This document shows positions 36,121-48,700 of a stretch of 64,000 nucleotides of DNA, in pieces. The stretch is from positions 12,417 through 76,416 of the forward strand of contig CAZVLU010000013.1 of NCBI GenBank assembly GCA_964628235.1, read 5' to 3'. Made by a program: the position numbers and the translations under genes. Each line of letters starts with the position of its first letter. The first letter of the stretch is position 1. This DNA comes from an uncultured Rhizobium sp. GTDB lineage: Bacteria; Pseudomonadota; Alphaproteobacteria; SMXQ01. The notes below the pieces were generated by a model. That model saw nothing but the letters and a program-made list of their open reading frames with translations, was not told the DNA's origin and ran no database searches.

Positions 36121-37206
36121 CTAGGCGCTGGCGGCGATTTCGCGCAAGGATTCGACCGAACTGACACGATTGCGCCCGTGATCTTTGGCGAGATAAAGGC
36201 CCTGGTCGGCGCGGCTGATGAAGGCGGCGGTGTCTTCGCTCGACCGGTAGCGCGAAATTCCCAGCGATAGCGTGATCTGCCCGAGGCTTTCGCCGGTGCT
36301 GCGCCGCGTGATCTTTTTGGCCGCGACCTTCAGGCGGATGTTGTCGGCCACGGCGAACGCGCCGTCGAGTTCGGTGTTCGGCAGCAGGATGGCGAATTCT
36401 TCGCCGCCGTAGCGCGCGGCGAAGTCCTGGCCGCGGACGCAATCGACCAGTGTCTGCGCCACCAAGCGCAAAACTTGGTCGCCGGTCTGATGGCCGAAGC
36501 TGTCGTTGAATTTCTTGAAGTGGTCGATATCGACCATCACGAGGGCGAGAGGGTAACGCTCGCTATTTTCGCTGAATTCCTGCACCCGCTGATCAAAGGC
36601 CTTGCGGTTGGCGATGCCGGTGAGCGCGTCCGTCATGGCTTCGAGACGCACCTGATCCAGGCTCTGCTTCAGTTCGACAAGTTCGCTGTTGGCGGCGGCG
36701 AATTGCGTTTCCAGCCGGCGCGCATTGCTTTCCATCTTGCGCGTTTCCATCAGCATCGCGGTCAGCGCCCCGCGCAATTCTTCCAAGGCGATCGGCGCGC
36801 CGCCGTCGCCCTCGATGCGGCCGGAGAAATCTTCCAAGGCCTGGCCATAGGCGCGGCTGTGGTCGCGCGCCTCGCCCATCTGCGACAGGATTTTGTCGAG
36901 CATCGCCTCGATGACGCCGCTCGCCTTATGAATGGCTTGCACCTCGCCGTCGCTGCCGAAATGGCGCTGGTAGAGCGAATTGAGCGCAGCTTCGCCGAGC
37001 GCCGTGCCGGTCTTGAGCATTTGGTCGAGCTCGCGCGTCAGCGCCGGGCTTTTCCGTGAAAAATAGCCGTAGAGCAAGGTGAAGTTGCGCGGATGCGGCG
37101 GTTGTTGAGACTTGCCCAAAAAACCGATGGTTTGCTCGGCCACTTGCTTGGCCCGCTGAAGATCGTCGAGGAAGTCCACCGCAGCCCCCGTCAGCGCGGC
37201 CGCCAT
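36121..37206 (-). CDS. diguanylate cyclase (GGDEF) with an N-terminal coiled-coil region
   Basis: 361 aa. Active site GGEEF preceded by an RxxD I-site (RGQDFAARYGGEEF). Confidence 0.9.
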   Translation of the reverse strand: MAAALTGAAVDFLDDLQRAKQVAEQTIGFLGKSQQPPHPRNFTLLYGYFSRKSPALTRELDQMLKTGTALGEAALNSLYQRHFGSDGEVQAIHKASGVIEAMLDKILSQMGEARDHSRAYGQALEDFSGRIEGDGGAPIALEELRGALTAMLMETRKMESNARRLETQFAAANSELVELKQSLDQVRLEAMTDALTGIANRKAFDQRVQEFSENSERYPLALVMVDIDHFKKFNDSFGHQTGDQVLRLVAQTLVDCVRGQDFAARYGGEEFAILLPNTELDGAFAVADNIRLKVAAKKITRRSTGESLGQITLSLGISRYRSSEDTAAFISRADQGLYLAKDHGRNRVSSVESLREIAASA

Positions 37207-37325
37207 GGCCCTGCGCTTTCAGAAGCGATCCTATTCTGAAGGAGTAAAGACTTCGCTAAACCGGATAAGATTTTCCGCGGGCCAGTCGCTGAAAAAACAG
37301 GCGCTTTGGTTCCGCCAGGCGACGA

Positions 37326-37856
37326 TCAATTGCACTGGCCGATAGAGCTGTCGGCGCAGCGCGTTTTGCCGTCGGTCCACAAGGCCCCGCCGAGCTGGGC
37401 GCGGAAAAAATCGGTGCCGCGCAGGTTGGCGCCCGTGAAATCGGCCCCGCGCAAGTCGCTCGCGACGAGCTTGGCGCCGCGCATATCCGCCTTGGCGAAC
37501 GACGCGCCGGTCAGGTCTGCCTCGCTGAAATCCGCCTCGGCGACGCGCGCGGCGGCGAAGGATGCGCCGGCCATCTCGGCCGAATTGAATTTCGCGCGGT
37601 AGGCATCGGCGCCGTCGAAGACCGTCTTGGCAAGATTGGCCCGGGTGAAACTGGTGTCGCGCAACTCCGCGCGAGAGAGATCGGCGCCGGCGAAGTTGCG
37701 GCCGTCTTGATAACAGCGCCGCCAATCGACGCCAGGCGCCGCCGCATCGCTGCAATCGGCGCGAGCCGGCATCGCCGTGAAACTCGCGGCGAAAATGAGG
37801 AGCGCGAGGAATATGCGAAGCGAAGATATTGATTGAGCGATGAAATACATGGACAT
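37326..37856 (-). CDS. secreted pentapeptide-repeat protein
   Basis: ATG 37856 chosen as start, giving signal peptide MSMYFIAQSISSLRIFLALLIFAASFTAMPARA. Has ~20 A(D/N)LxG-type pentapeptide repeats and Cys pairs at both ends (DCS...RRC, RCADSSIGQC). Confidence 0.8.
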   Translation of the reverse strand: MSMYFIAQSISSLRIFLALLIFAASFTAMPARADCSDAAAPGVDWRRCYQDGRNFAGADLSRAELRDTSFTRANLAKTVFDGADAYRAKFNSAEMAGASFAAARVAEADFSEADLTGASFAKADMRGAKLVASDLRGADFTGANLRGTDFFRAQLGGALWTDGKTRCADSSIGQCN

Positions 37857-38053
37857 GGTTCTAGGGCCGCAAGGCCGATGGCGCAACTTACACCTGTTTT
37901 TGTCACGTCATTGTGCGTCGCAATATGCGGCAGCTTTGCGCATCGTGAACCTTGGCAGGTTGGTCTTTGGCCTGTAGTCTTCTAACTAATAAAAATATCC
38001 AAAAACCCGACACTGCTGGGAGACCACACGTGAAATATCGCCAAGGCCCGACC

Positions 38054-39088
38054 ATGTCCGGCCGCACCCTCTCCGTCGCCGCCGTTTTGGCCCTCGTCGT
38101 CAGCGCCGCTGTCCCGTCAGCCGCCCAGGCGCAGTCGGCCGATCAGTTCTATAAGGGCAAGACGATCAACCTTTACATCGGCTTCGCGCCGGGCGGCTCA
38201 TACGACAGCCTCGCCCGCTTGACCGCTCGTTACATGGGCAAGCATATCCCCGGCAACCCGAACATCGTGCCGCAAAACATGCCGGGCGCCGGCGGCTTCA
38301 AGGCTGCCAATTACATGTACTCGGTAGCGCCGAAGGACGGACTGTCGCTGGCGGCCCTGTCGCAGACCACGCCGCTCGAAGAAGCGCTGAAGAACCCCGG
38401 CGTGCAATATAAGTCCAACGAGTTCGCCTGGATCGGCCGCTTCACGTCCAATATCGAAGTGCAGGTGATCTGGCACACCGCCAAAGCCAAGAACATCAAG
38501 GACGTCATCAGCAACGAGACGTCGGTCGCCTCGACCGGCCCCGGCTCGCCGTCCGACGGCTACCCGCGCCTGCTCAACGGCCTGCTCGGCACCAAGTTCA
38601 AGATCATCGCCGGCTATCCGGGCTCGACCGACGGCCTTTTGGCGATGGAACGCGGCGAAGTCGACGGCGCGCTGACCTCGTGGAACACCATGAAGACGGC
38701 GCGCGCCCATTGGCTCGCCGAAAAGAAGGCCACGATGTTCGTGCAATATGTGCTCGAGCGCTCGCCGGACATCCCCGACGTCCCGGCGGTCGTCGAGCTG
38801 GCCCGCAATCCGGAAGAGCGCCAAGTGCTCGCGACCTACGCTTCGGGCGGCGACATCGGCCGCGCCTACAACACGACGCCGGGCGTACCCGCCGACCGCG
38901 TCGCCGCGCTGCGCAAGGCGTTCGACGCCACGATGAAGGACAAGGATCTGCTGGCCGACGTCGAGCGCATGAAGCTCGACTTCTTCCCGATGGACGGCGA
39001 AAAGCTGCAGAAGCTCGTCGCCGACACCGTGAACGTGCCGCCGCAGGTCATCTCACGCATGCAGGAACTGCTCGGCGCGGCGAAATAA
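38054..39088 (+). CDS. Bug/TctC-family periplasmic solute-binding protein
   Basis: Signal peptide MSGRTLSVAAVLALVVSAAVPSAAQAQ. Core FYKGKTINLYIGFAPGGSYD...GKHIPGNPNIVPQNMPGAGG. Alternative GTG start at 38030. Confidence 0.85.
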   Translation: MSGRTLSVAAVLALVVSAAVPSAAQAQSADQFYKGKTINLYIGFAPGGSYDSLARLTARYMGKHIPGNPNIVPQNMPGAGGFKAANYMYSVAPKDGLSLAALSQTTPLEEALKNPGVQYKSNEFAWIGRFTSNIEVQVIWHTAKAKNIKDVISNETSVASTGPGSPSDGYPRLLNGLLGTKFKIIAGYPGSTDGLLAMERGEVDGALTSWNTMKTARAHWLAEKKATMFVQYVLERSPDIPDVPAVVELARNPEERQVLATYASGGDIGRAYNTTPGVPADRVAALRKAFDATMKDKDLLADVERMKLDFFPMDGEKLQKLVADTVNVPPQVISRMQELLGAAK

Positions 39089-39108
39089 GCCGCTTCGCGT
39101 CACACTCG

Positions 39109-39151
39109 ATCGGGCCGCGGCGGGCGCTTCCTGCCGCGGCCCGATTTGTTT
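39109..39151 (+). terminator. intrinsic terminator after the Bug gene
   Basis: 13-bp stem atcgggccgcggc / gccgcggcccgat with an 11-nt loop, followed by ttgtttc. Confidence 0.75.
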
Positions 39152-39233
39152 CAAAATCCCCGTTTTTCAAGCCCTTTGCGCCGCTCCGCGCGGCCGGAAT
39201 CGCTTGACCCCTTGGCCGCCCGGCCTCATCATC

Positions 39234-41297
<2,064 letters not shown>

Positions 41298-41303
41298 GCG
41301 GCG

Positions 41304-42242
41304 ATGCCTGACGTGAACGGAGCGCCCAGGGGATTAGACCCCTGGGCCCCCGATCCTTGGACGAGGCTTACCGCCGTGACGGTCGCCTATCGCAGCGCCG
41401 CCGTCATCGGCGATTGCCTGCGCTCGGTCGCCCGCGCCAAAGCCGCCGTCGTTGTCGACAACGCCAGCGACGACGACTCCGTCGCCGCCGCGCGCCGCGC
41501 CCTGCCCGACGCCACCATCATCTCCAATGCCGTGAACCAGGGGTTCGGCCGCGCCAATAACCAAGGCGTCGCTCTGGCCGAAACCGAATTCGCGCTGCTC
41601 ATCAACCCGGACGCGCAGATGACGCCGGGCTCCGTCGAAGCGCTGGTCGCCGCAGCCGACGCCAATCCGAACGCCGGCATCCTCGCGCCCGCCATTTTGA
41701 ACGCCGACGGCACGCGCATCGCCTCGCACAATGTGGGGCTGTTCGACCAGCAGAAGATCGTCGGCAAAGAGCGGCGGCCGCCCGACGGCGACATCTGCGC
41801 CGATTTTCTCTCAGGTGCCGTCATGCTGGTGCGCACCGCCCTGTTCCGCGAGGTCGGCGGCTTCGATGCCAACATCTTCCTCTACTTCGAAGACGACGAT
41901 CTCTGCTTAAAAATGCGCCGCGCCGGCTACGCCCTGGTGCAAGTGCCGGCAGCGACCGCCGTCCATCAGGGCGGCCTGTCATCGCCGCCGACCGACGAAA
42001 TTCTGCGGCGCAAATATTGGCACCATGCCTGGTCGCGTCTCTATCTCGAGAGCAAACATCGCGATGAGGCTCTTGCCCGCGCCTGGGGACGGCGCAATGT
42101 CCGGGCCTATAAAATCAAGGCGCTGTGGCACAAGCTGGCCGGCCACAAGGACAAAGCCTGGCGCGACCGCGCGCGGCTCGACGGCACGCGCGCCTTTCTC
42201 GAAGGCCGCAGCGCGCTAACCGAAGCCGGCATCAAGACATGA
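41304..42242 (+). CDS. family 2 glycosyltransferase (rhamnosyltransferase-like)
   Basis: 312 aa. Motifs VVDNASDDDS, NQGFGRANNQG and the DxD-type FEDDDLCLKMRRAGY. Confidence 0.8.
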   Translation: MPDVNGAPRGLDPWAPDPWTRLTAVTVAYRSAAVIGDCLRSVARAKAAVVVDNASDDDSVAAARRALPDATIISNAVNQGFGRANNQGVALAETEFALLINPDAQMTPGSVEALVAAADANPNAGILAPAILNADGTRIASHNVGLFDQQKIVGKERRPPDGDICADFLSGAVMLVRTALFREVGGFDANIFLYFEDDDLCLKMRRAGYALVQVPAATAVHQGGLSSPPTDEILRRKYWHHAWSRLYLESKHRDEALARAWGRRNVRAYKIKALWHKLAGHKDKAWRDRARLDGTRAFLEGRSALTEAGIKT

Positions 42243-43135
42243 GCGACAAGGTTTGCCTCCTGTTCGGCGGCGACGGCCAACTCGGCCGCGCGCTGGCGAA
42301 GGCCGTTGCGCCTGCCGGATGGCGCATCGTCTCGCTCGGGCGCGCCGCGGCGGACATCACCGACGCCGATCAGATCGCGCGCGCCATCGATGCCCATGAG
42401 CCCGCTGTTGTGGTCAATGCCGCCGCCTACACCGCCGTCGACAAAGCGGAAAGCGACCGCGATGACGCCTTCCGCATCAACGACATCGGCGCCGGCATCG
42501 TCGCCCGCGCCGCGTCCGACGCCCAAGCGACCGTCATCCATCTCTCGACCGATTACGTGTTCGATGGCCAGGCCAGCCGGCCGTGGCGCGAAGACGATCC
42601 TATCGCGCCGCTCGGCGTCTATGGCGCGAGCAAAGCCGCCGGAGAAGATGCCGTGCGCGACGCGGCGCGCCGCCATTTGATTTTACGCACCTCCTGGGTA
42701 TTCGGCGTCGACGGCAATAATTTCGTCAAGACCATGCTGCGCCTCGGCGCGGAGCGGCCGGCGCTCAAGATCGTCGCCGACCAGGTCGGCCGGCCGACCT
42801 CCGCCCACGATCTGGCGGACGCCATCCTCGCCATTGCCGCCAAAATCGGCGGCGGCGTTTCGACCGCAAAAGCCTATGGCACCTTCCACTTCGCCAATGC
42901 GGGCGCGGTCAGCTGGCACGAATTCGCCCGCGAGATTTTCGCGCAAAGCGCCAAACGCGGCGGCCCGTCGCCGGCATTGACCGCCATCCCGACGAGCGAC
43001 TATCCGACGCCGGCAAAACGGCCGGCCTATTCCGTCCTGGACTGCGATAAGCTGGCAGGGTTATACGGCATCGAACCGCGCCCCTGGCAGGCGGCGCTCG
43101 GCGACGTGCTGGACCGCTTGTTGAAAGCTTCTTGA
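42239..43135 (+). CDS. rfbD: dTDP-4-dehydrorhamnose reductase
   Basis: Internal ATG overlapping the GT2 stop (ATGA). Motifs LLFGGDGQLG, STDYVFDG, YGASKAAGE. Confidence 0.85.
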   Translation: MSDKVCLLFGGDGQLGRALAKAVAPAGWRIVSLGRAAADITDADQIARAIDAHEPAVVVNAAAYTAVDKAESDRDDAFRINDIGAGIVARAASDAQATVIHLSTDYVFDGQASRPWREDDPIAPLGVYGASKAAGEDAVRDAARRHLILRTSWVFGVDGNNFVKTMLRLGAERPALKIVADQVGRPTSAHDLADAILAIAAKIGGGVSTAKAYGTFHFANAGAVSWHEFAREIFAQSAKRGGPSPALTAIPTSDYPTPAKRPAYSVLDCDKLAGLYGIEPRPWQAALGDVLDRLLKAS

Positions 43136-43145
43136 AGGATCGCCC

Positions 43146-43694
43146 GTGAAATTCACTCCCCTGGCGCTCGATGGCGTCATTCGCGTCGAACTGGATGTGT
43201 TCCGCGACGTGCGCGGCGCCTTCATGGAGACATGGCACGCGCACAAATACGCCGAGGGCGGCCTGCCGGCGTCTTTCGTGCAAGACAATTGGAGCGAATC
43301 GGCCAAGGGCGTGCTGCGCGGTTTGCATTACCAAGTGCAGCAGGCCCAGGGAAAACTGGTCGCCGTGGTGTCGGGCGCGATCTTCGATGTCGTGGTCGAT
43401 CTGCGCAAATCGTCGCCGAGCTTCGGCAAGTGGCTGGCCGAGCCGCTATCGGCCGAGCGCGGCTCGGCGCTGTGGGTGCCGCCAGGTTTCGCCCACGGCT
43501 TCTACGCCCAGAGCGAACGCGCCACCGTGCTTTACAAATGCACCGATTTCTACGCGCCGGCCTACGAGCGCTGCATCCGCTGGGACGATCCCGACCTCGC
43601 CATCGACTGGCCGATGAAGCCCGGCATGACGCCGACCGTCTCGCCCAAGGACGCGCTGGGCAAGTCCTTCAAGGATGCCGACACGTTCGACTGA
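43146..43694 (+). CDS. rfbC: dTDP-4-dehydrorhamnose 3,5-epimerase
   Basis: 182 aa with GTG start. Motifs RGAFMETW, LRGLHYQ, GFAHGF. Confidence 0.9.
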   Translation: MKFTPLALDGVIRVELDVFRDVRGAFMETWHAHKYAEGGLPASFVQDNWSESAKGVLRGLHYQVQQAQGKLVAVVSGAIFDVVVDLRKSSPSFGKWLAEPLSAERGSALWVPPGFAHGFYAQSERATVLYKCTDFYAPAYERCIRWDDPDLAIDWPMKPGMTPTVSPKDALGKSFKDADTFD

Positions 43695-43700
43695 GGCTGA

Positions 43701-45620
43701 TTAGCTTAGGTTATCGAGCACTTCGCGCACGCGATTACCTAACTGGGCGCGCCGATAAGGCTTGTTCAGCACGGCGAGGCCGGACATGACCTGCCCATGA
43801 GCTTCCAGGCTTTCCAGCGCGTAACCCGATGTCAAAAGCACCTTGATTTTCGGGCGCATTTTGAGCGCTTGATCGGCTAAATCCCAGCCGCTGATGCCCC
43901 CCGGCATCACCACATCGGTAAAGAGAAGGTCAATCGGCATGTCCTTCGACAGCTTGTCGAGTGCTTCCCGGCCGTCTGCGGCAGACAACACCCGATAGCC
44001 GAGCGCGCCGAGCGATGAGACGGCATAGGCGCGCACGAACGGATCGTCTTCGACAACCAGCACCGTCTCGCTGCCTTTGAAGGCTGCCACGGTTTGGTCG
44101 GGGGACGCTTCCAAGTCATCGCTGCCGCCTGAAGCCGCGGGGAGATAGAGCCGGATCGTGGTGCCGAGGCCCGGCTCGCTGTAGATCGAGACATGGCCGT
44201 TCGACTGTTTGACGAAGCCATAGACCATCGAAAGGCCGAGGCCGCTGCCTTTACCGACCTCCTTCGTTGTAAAGAAGGGTTCGAACACGCGGGCTTTGAC
44301 TTCGGGAGTCATCCCGGTGCCGCTATCGGTGATGGAGAGCATGACATAGCGGCCGGGCGGCACTTCGGGATGCAAGCCCTGATAGCGCGAATCCAAAGTC
44401 ATGTTCTGGGTGGCGATCATCAAGCTGCCGCCGCTCGGCATGGCGTCCTGCGAATTTAAAGAAAGATTCAGCAGCGCCGATTCGAGCTGTCCCGGATCGG
44501 CGAAGGCCGCCCACAGGCCGTCTTCGGTATTGACACCTATAGCGATGTCCTCGCGCAACGTGCGGCGGAGCAATTCCTTCATCCGGATGACGAGACGACC
44601 GCAATCAATATTGGTCGGCTGCAACGTCTGCCGGCGGCTGAAAGCGAGCAAACGCTGGGTCAATTCGCCGCCGCGCTCGGCCGCCGACATGACCGAATTG
44701 ACCAAGGCCTCGAGATCGGGGCGCGCCTTCAGGCTGTCGGCCAGCACCTCGGAATTGCCGAGGATCACGGTGAGCAAATTGTTGAAGTCGTGCGCGATCC
44801 CGCCGGACAATTGGCCGACCGCTTCCATCTTCTGCGCTTGGATCAATTGCTCTTCGGCGCGCTTGCGGTCGGTCAGATCGCGGATGACGCCGACATAGCT
44901 CGACTGGCCGCCGAGCTTGCATTCGCCGACCGAGAGATCCATCGGAAAGGTCGTGCCGTCCTTACGCCGGCCCGTCACCTCACGGCCGATGCCGATGATC
45001 TTACGCTCGCCGGTGCGATGGTAATTGTCGAGATAGCCGTCATGCTCGGCGCGGAACGGCTCGGGCATCAGCATCTTGACGTTCTCGCCGACGACTTCCT
45101 CGGCGTCGTAGCCGAACAGCTTGACGCAAGCCGGATTGAACATCGAAATATTGCCGCGCGTGTCGATCAGGATCACGCCATCCACTGTGGTATCGAGCAC
45201 CGTGCGCAGACGCGTGGCACTTTCGAGAATGACGCGCTCGGAATCTTTGCGCTGCGTCAGATCGTGAATCACGCCGACGAAGATCGGGCCGCCGTCCTGC
45301 GCGACTTCGCCGACCGAAAGGTCCATCGGAAAGGTCGTGCCGTCCTTGCGCCGGCCGATCACTTCGCGACCGATGCCGATGATCTTGCGTTCGCCGGTGC
45401 GCCGGTAATTGTCGAGATAGCCGTCATGCTCGGCGCGGAACGGCTCGGGCATCAACATCTTGACGTTCTGGCCGATGACTTCCTCGGCCGTATATCCGAA
45501 AAGCTTTTCGCAAGCCGGGTTGAAACGCGATACCTGCCCGCGCCCGTCGATGAGGATGATGCCATCGACCACAGTGTCGAGGACGACCTCGAGACTGGTT
45601 TCGTCTTTGTCTCCCGCCAT
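43701..45620 (-). CDS. hybrid sensor histidine kinase with two tandem FixL-type (heme-PAS-like) PAS domains, HisKA/HATPase and a C-terminal receiver
   Basis: 639 aa. Both PAS modules carry MLMPEPFRAEHDGYLDNY..TGERKIIGIGREV.GRRKDGTTFPMDLSVGE, closely resembling the FixL heme pocket. H-box GGIAHDFNNLL; receiver VLVVEDDPFVR...LLFTDVVMPGG. Confidence 0.85.
   Translation of the reverse strand: MAGDKDETSLEVVLDTVVDGIILIDGRGQVSRFNPACEKLFGYTAEEVIGQNVKMLMPEPFRAEHDGYLDNYRRTGERKIIGIGREVIGRRKDGTTFPMDLSVGEVAQDGGPIFVGVIHDLTQRKDSERVILESATRLRTVLDTTVDGVILIDTRGNISMFNPACVKLFGYDAEEVVGENVKMLMPEPFRAEHDGYLDNYHRTGERKIIGIGREVTGRRKDGTTFPMDLSVGECKLGGQSSYVGVIRDLTDRKRAEEQLIQAQKMEAVGQLSGGIAHDFNNLLTVILGNSEVLADSLKARPDLEALVNSVMSAAERGGELTQRLLAFSRRQTLQPTNIDCGRLVIRMKELLRRTLREDIAIGVNTEDGLWAAFADPGQLESALLNLSLNSQDAMPSGGSLMIATQNMTLDSRYQGLHPEVPPGRYVMLSITDSGTGMTPEVKARVFEPFFTTKEVGKGSGLGLSMVYGFVKQSNGHVSIYSEPGLGTTIRLYLPAASGGSDDLEASPDQTVAAFKGSETVLVVEDDPFVRAYAVSSLGALGYRVLSAADGREALDKLSKDMPIDLLFTDVVMPGGISGWDLADQALKMRPKIKVLLTSGYALESLEAHGQVMSGLAVLNKPYRRAQLGNRVREVLDNLS
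44872..45200 (-). repeat. intragenic duplicated PAS-coding unit, copy 2 in the protein
   Basis: Aligns base-for-base with 45256-45584 at an offset of exactly 384 bp (128 codons). Includes a 51-nt perfect match (45020-45070 = 45404-45454). Confidence 0.9.
45256..45584 (-). repeat. intragenic duplicated PAS-coding unit, copy 1 in the protein
   Basis: See 44872-45200. High nucleotide identity across about 330 bp. Confidence 0.9.
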
Positions 45621-45784
45621 GATTCCCCCAATACGGCACTGATGCTTTGCGCATGCTTCGTGTGCCTTGCCACAGCGCGAGCATCCGATCTTATAGCAAG
45701 ACAGGATGGCGCTATAGAGGGCGCTCGCAAGATATCCCTACGTATCGGTACGCAGAAAACCTCTTTATAGTCAGAGGCTTATAT

Positions 45785-48700
45785 TTAGACCGAGAAGTAT
45801 TTCGCTTGCGGATGATGCACCACGATCGCCGATGTCGATTGCTCGGGATCGAGCATGTCGCCGTCGGTCATCGTGATGCCGAGCCGCTCGGCGCCGAGCA
45901 GGCCGATCAACTGATGCTGGTCGGCGAGGTTCGGGCAAGCCGGATAGCCGAACGAATAGCGCGAGCCGCGATAGGCCTGCGACAGCAGCTTGTCCATGTC
46001 GCGGTCGTCCTCGCCGGCGAAGCCCAATTCAGCGCGGATGCGCGTGTGGACATATTCGGCCAAGGCTTCGGTCATTTCGATGCCAAGGCCATGCAGATAG
46101 AGATAATCCTGATAGCGGTCCTGGGCGAACCACTGGCGCGCGACCTCCGAGGCGTTGTCGCCTTGCGTGACGACTTGCAAGCCGATGACATCGCGTTCAT
46201 TGGCCGACACGTCGCGGAAGAAGTCGGCGATGCACAGGCCGCCCGGCTTGTTCTGACGGGGAAAGACGAAGCGCGTCGCTTCGGTCTGGCCGTCCTCGTT
46301 GAACAGGATGACGCTGTTGCCTTCGGACGCGCATTTCCAAAAGCCGTAGGCGGCCTTCGGCTGCAGGATGCTCTCGTCTTCGCACTGCTTGAGCAAGCGC
46401 GTCATGATCGGGCGCAGCTCTTTGCGCGCCCAAGCCATATATTGCTCGAGCGTGCGGCCATCCTTGCGATAGCCCCAGTGGAATTGATAGAGCATGCGCT
46501 CGTTCAAATAGGTCACGAGATTGCGCAACGGCACCTGCTCGATCAGGCGCGCGCCCCAGAACGGCGGCGTCGGCACGTCGACGCCTTTCAGCAACTCGGC
46601 CTTGTGGAGCTTGATCTCTTCGTAATCGACCGGGCGCAGGATGCTGGCTTCGTCGAAGCCTTCGGCATCGCTCTTGGGCCGCTCGCCGTCAACGGTTGGC
46701 ACCACGCGCATGGCGGCGCGGCGCGTGTTCTTCGGCTTGGCGGCGGTCTTGGCAGCCGCCGTCTCGACGAACGTATCGAACGTCTTGGTGACGATCTTAT
46801 CCATCAGGCCGAGCCCGTCGAAGGCGTCGCGCGCATAGGCGACCCGCTTGCCGCCGTAGGCCGCGAGGCAATCCTGCTCGACATATTGGCGCGTCAAAGC
46901 GGCGCCGCCGAGCATGACGGGGATGTCTAGGCCCTGGCGCTGCATTTCCTCGAGGTTTTCGCGCATCACCACGGTCGACTTCACCAGCAGGCCGGACATG
47001 CCGATGGCGTCGGCCTTGTTCTGGTTGGCCGCCTCGATGATGTTGCCGACCGGCTGCTTGATGCCGAGATTGATGACCTTGTAGCCGTTGTTGGTCAGGA
47101 TGATGTCGACCAGGTTCTTGCCGATGTCATGCACGTCGCCCTTCACCGTGGCGAGCACGATGACGCCCTTCTCCTGGCCTTCGACGCGCTCCATATGCGG
47201 CTCGAGCCAGGCCACCGCCGCCTTCATCGTCTCGGCCGATTGCAGCACGAACGGAAGCTGCATCTTGCCCGAGCCGAACAGCTCGCCGACGACTTTCATG
47301 CCGTCGAGCAGGAAGACGTTGATGATGTCGAGCGGCTTGTGCGTCTTCATCGCCTCGGCGAGGTCGACGTCGATGCCCTTGCGCTCGCCATCGATGATGC
47401 GCTGCTTGAGGCGCTCCTCGGGCTTCTCCGAACGCACCACGACGGCCTTCTTTTCCTGGTCGCGGTCCTGGAACAGCGCGAGGAAGGCCTGCAGCGGATC
47501 GTAATCTTCGCGGCGGCGATCGAAGATCAGGTCTTCGGCGACGCGCACTTCCTCTTCGGGAATCTTGTGCATCGGCATGATGCGCGAGAAATGCGCGATG
47601 GCCCCGGTCAAGCCGCGTTTGATGGCATGGTCGAGATAGACCGAGTTCAGAACGTGGCGCGCCGCCGGCTTCAAGCCGAACGAGATGTTCGACAGGCCGA
47701 GGATGATCTGCGCCTCGGGCAATTCCTTGGCGATGCGCTCGATCGCTTCCAGGGTCCAGAGACCCAGCTTGCGGTCGTCCTCGTTGCCGGTGCAGATCGT
47801 GAAGGTCAGCGGATCGATCATCAGGTCGGAGGGCGCCAGGCCGTGCTTGACGCAGGCGAACTCGTGCAGGCGCTTGGCGATGCGCACCTTGCTGTCGACA
47901 TCCTTGGCCATGCCGGCCTCTTCGATGGTCAGCGCCACCACCGCCGCGCCGAAGCGCTTGGCCAAGATCATGCGCTTCTCGGCCGGCTCCTCGCCGTCCT
48001 CGAAGTTGATCGAATTGAGGATCGCCTTGCCGCCGTAGAGCTTCAATGAGGCTTCGAGCACCGGCAGCTCGGTCGAATCGATGACCAGCGGCGCGGTGAC
48101 GGAGCCGCGCATGCGGCTGATCACATTGCTCATGTCGGAGACTTCGTCGCGGCCGACGAAAGCGGTGCAAACGTCGAGCGCGTGCGAGCCTTCCTGCACT
48201 TGTTCGCGGCCCATGGCGACGCAACCGTCCCAGTCGCCGGCTTCCTGCAACAGGCGGAATTGCTTGGAGCCGTTGGCGTTGCAACGCTCGCCGATGGAGA
48301 AATACGCGTTCTCTTGGCGCAGCGGCACCTGGCTATAGAGCGAGGCGACCGACGGCGTCCAGACGACGTCGCGCTTCTTGGGCACAGGACGATGCGTGTT
48401 GCGGCCGCCTTCGGCGGCGAGCTTGCGCAGCAGCCCGTCGAGCTGAGCGATATGCTCCGGCGTCGTGCCGCAGCAGCCGCCGATCATGTTGACGCCATCC
48501 TCTTTGAGGAAGCGCTCCATCCATTTCGTCAGTTCGTCGGGCGACAGCGGATAGCGCGTCTTGCCGTCGACCAGTTCGGGCAGGCCGGCGTTGGGCTGCA
48601 CGACGACCGCGCCGGTCCAGTTGGCGCCGAGCCAATTGACATGCTCGGCCATCTCGCGCGGGCCGGTGGCGCAATTGAGCCCTAGCACCGGCACGTCGAG

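Noticed and set aside
44872-45584. Repeated ~330-bp units that might suggest a CRISPR-like or tandem-repeat array.
   Set aside because: There are only two copies, both in frame inside one gene, and each encodes a complete PAS domain. This is an intragenic domain duplication, not a repeat-spacer array.
45691-45715. A 6-bp inverted repeat TATAGC-N13-GCTATA between metH and the kinase gene, plus a weak hairpin with an A-run at 45756-45779 as a possible metH terminator.
   Set aside because: The arms or stems are too short (5-6 bp) to be distinguished from chance, and they match no motif I can name.
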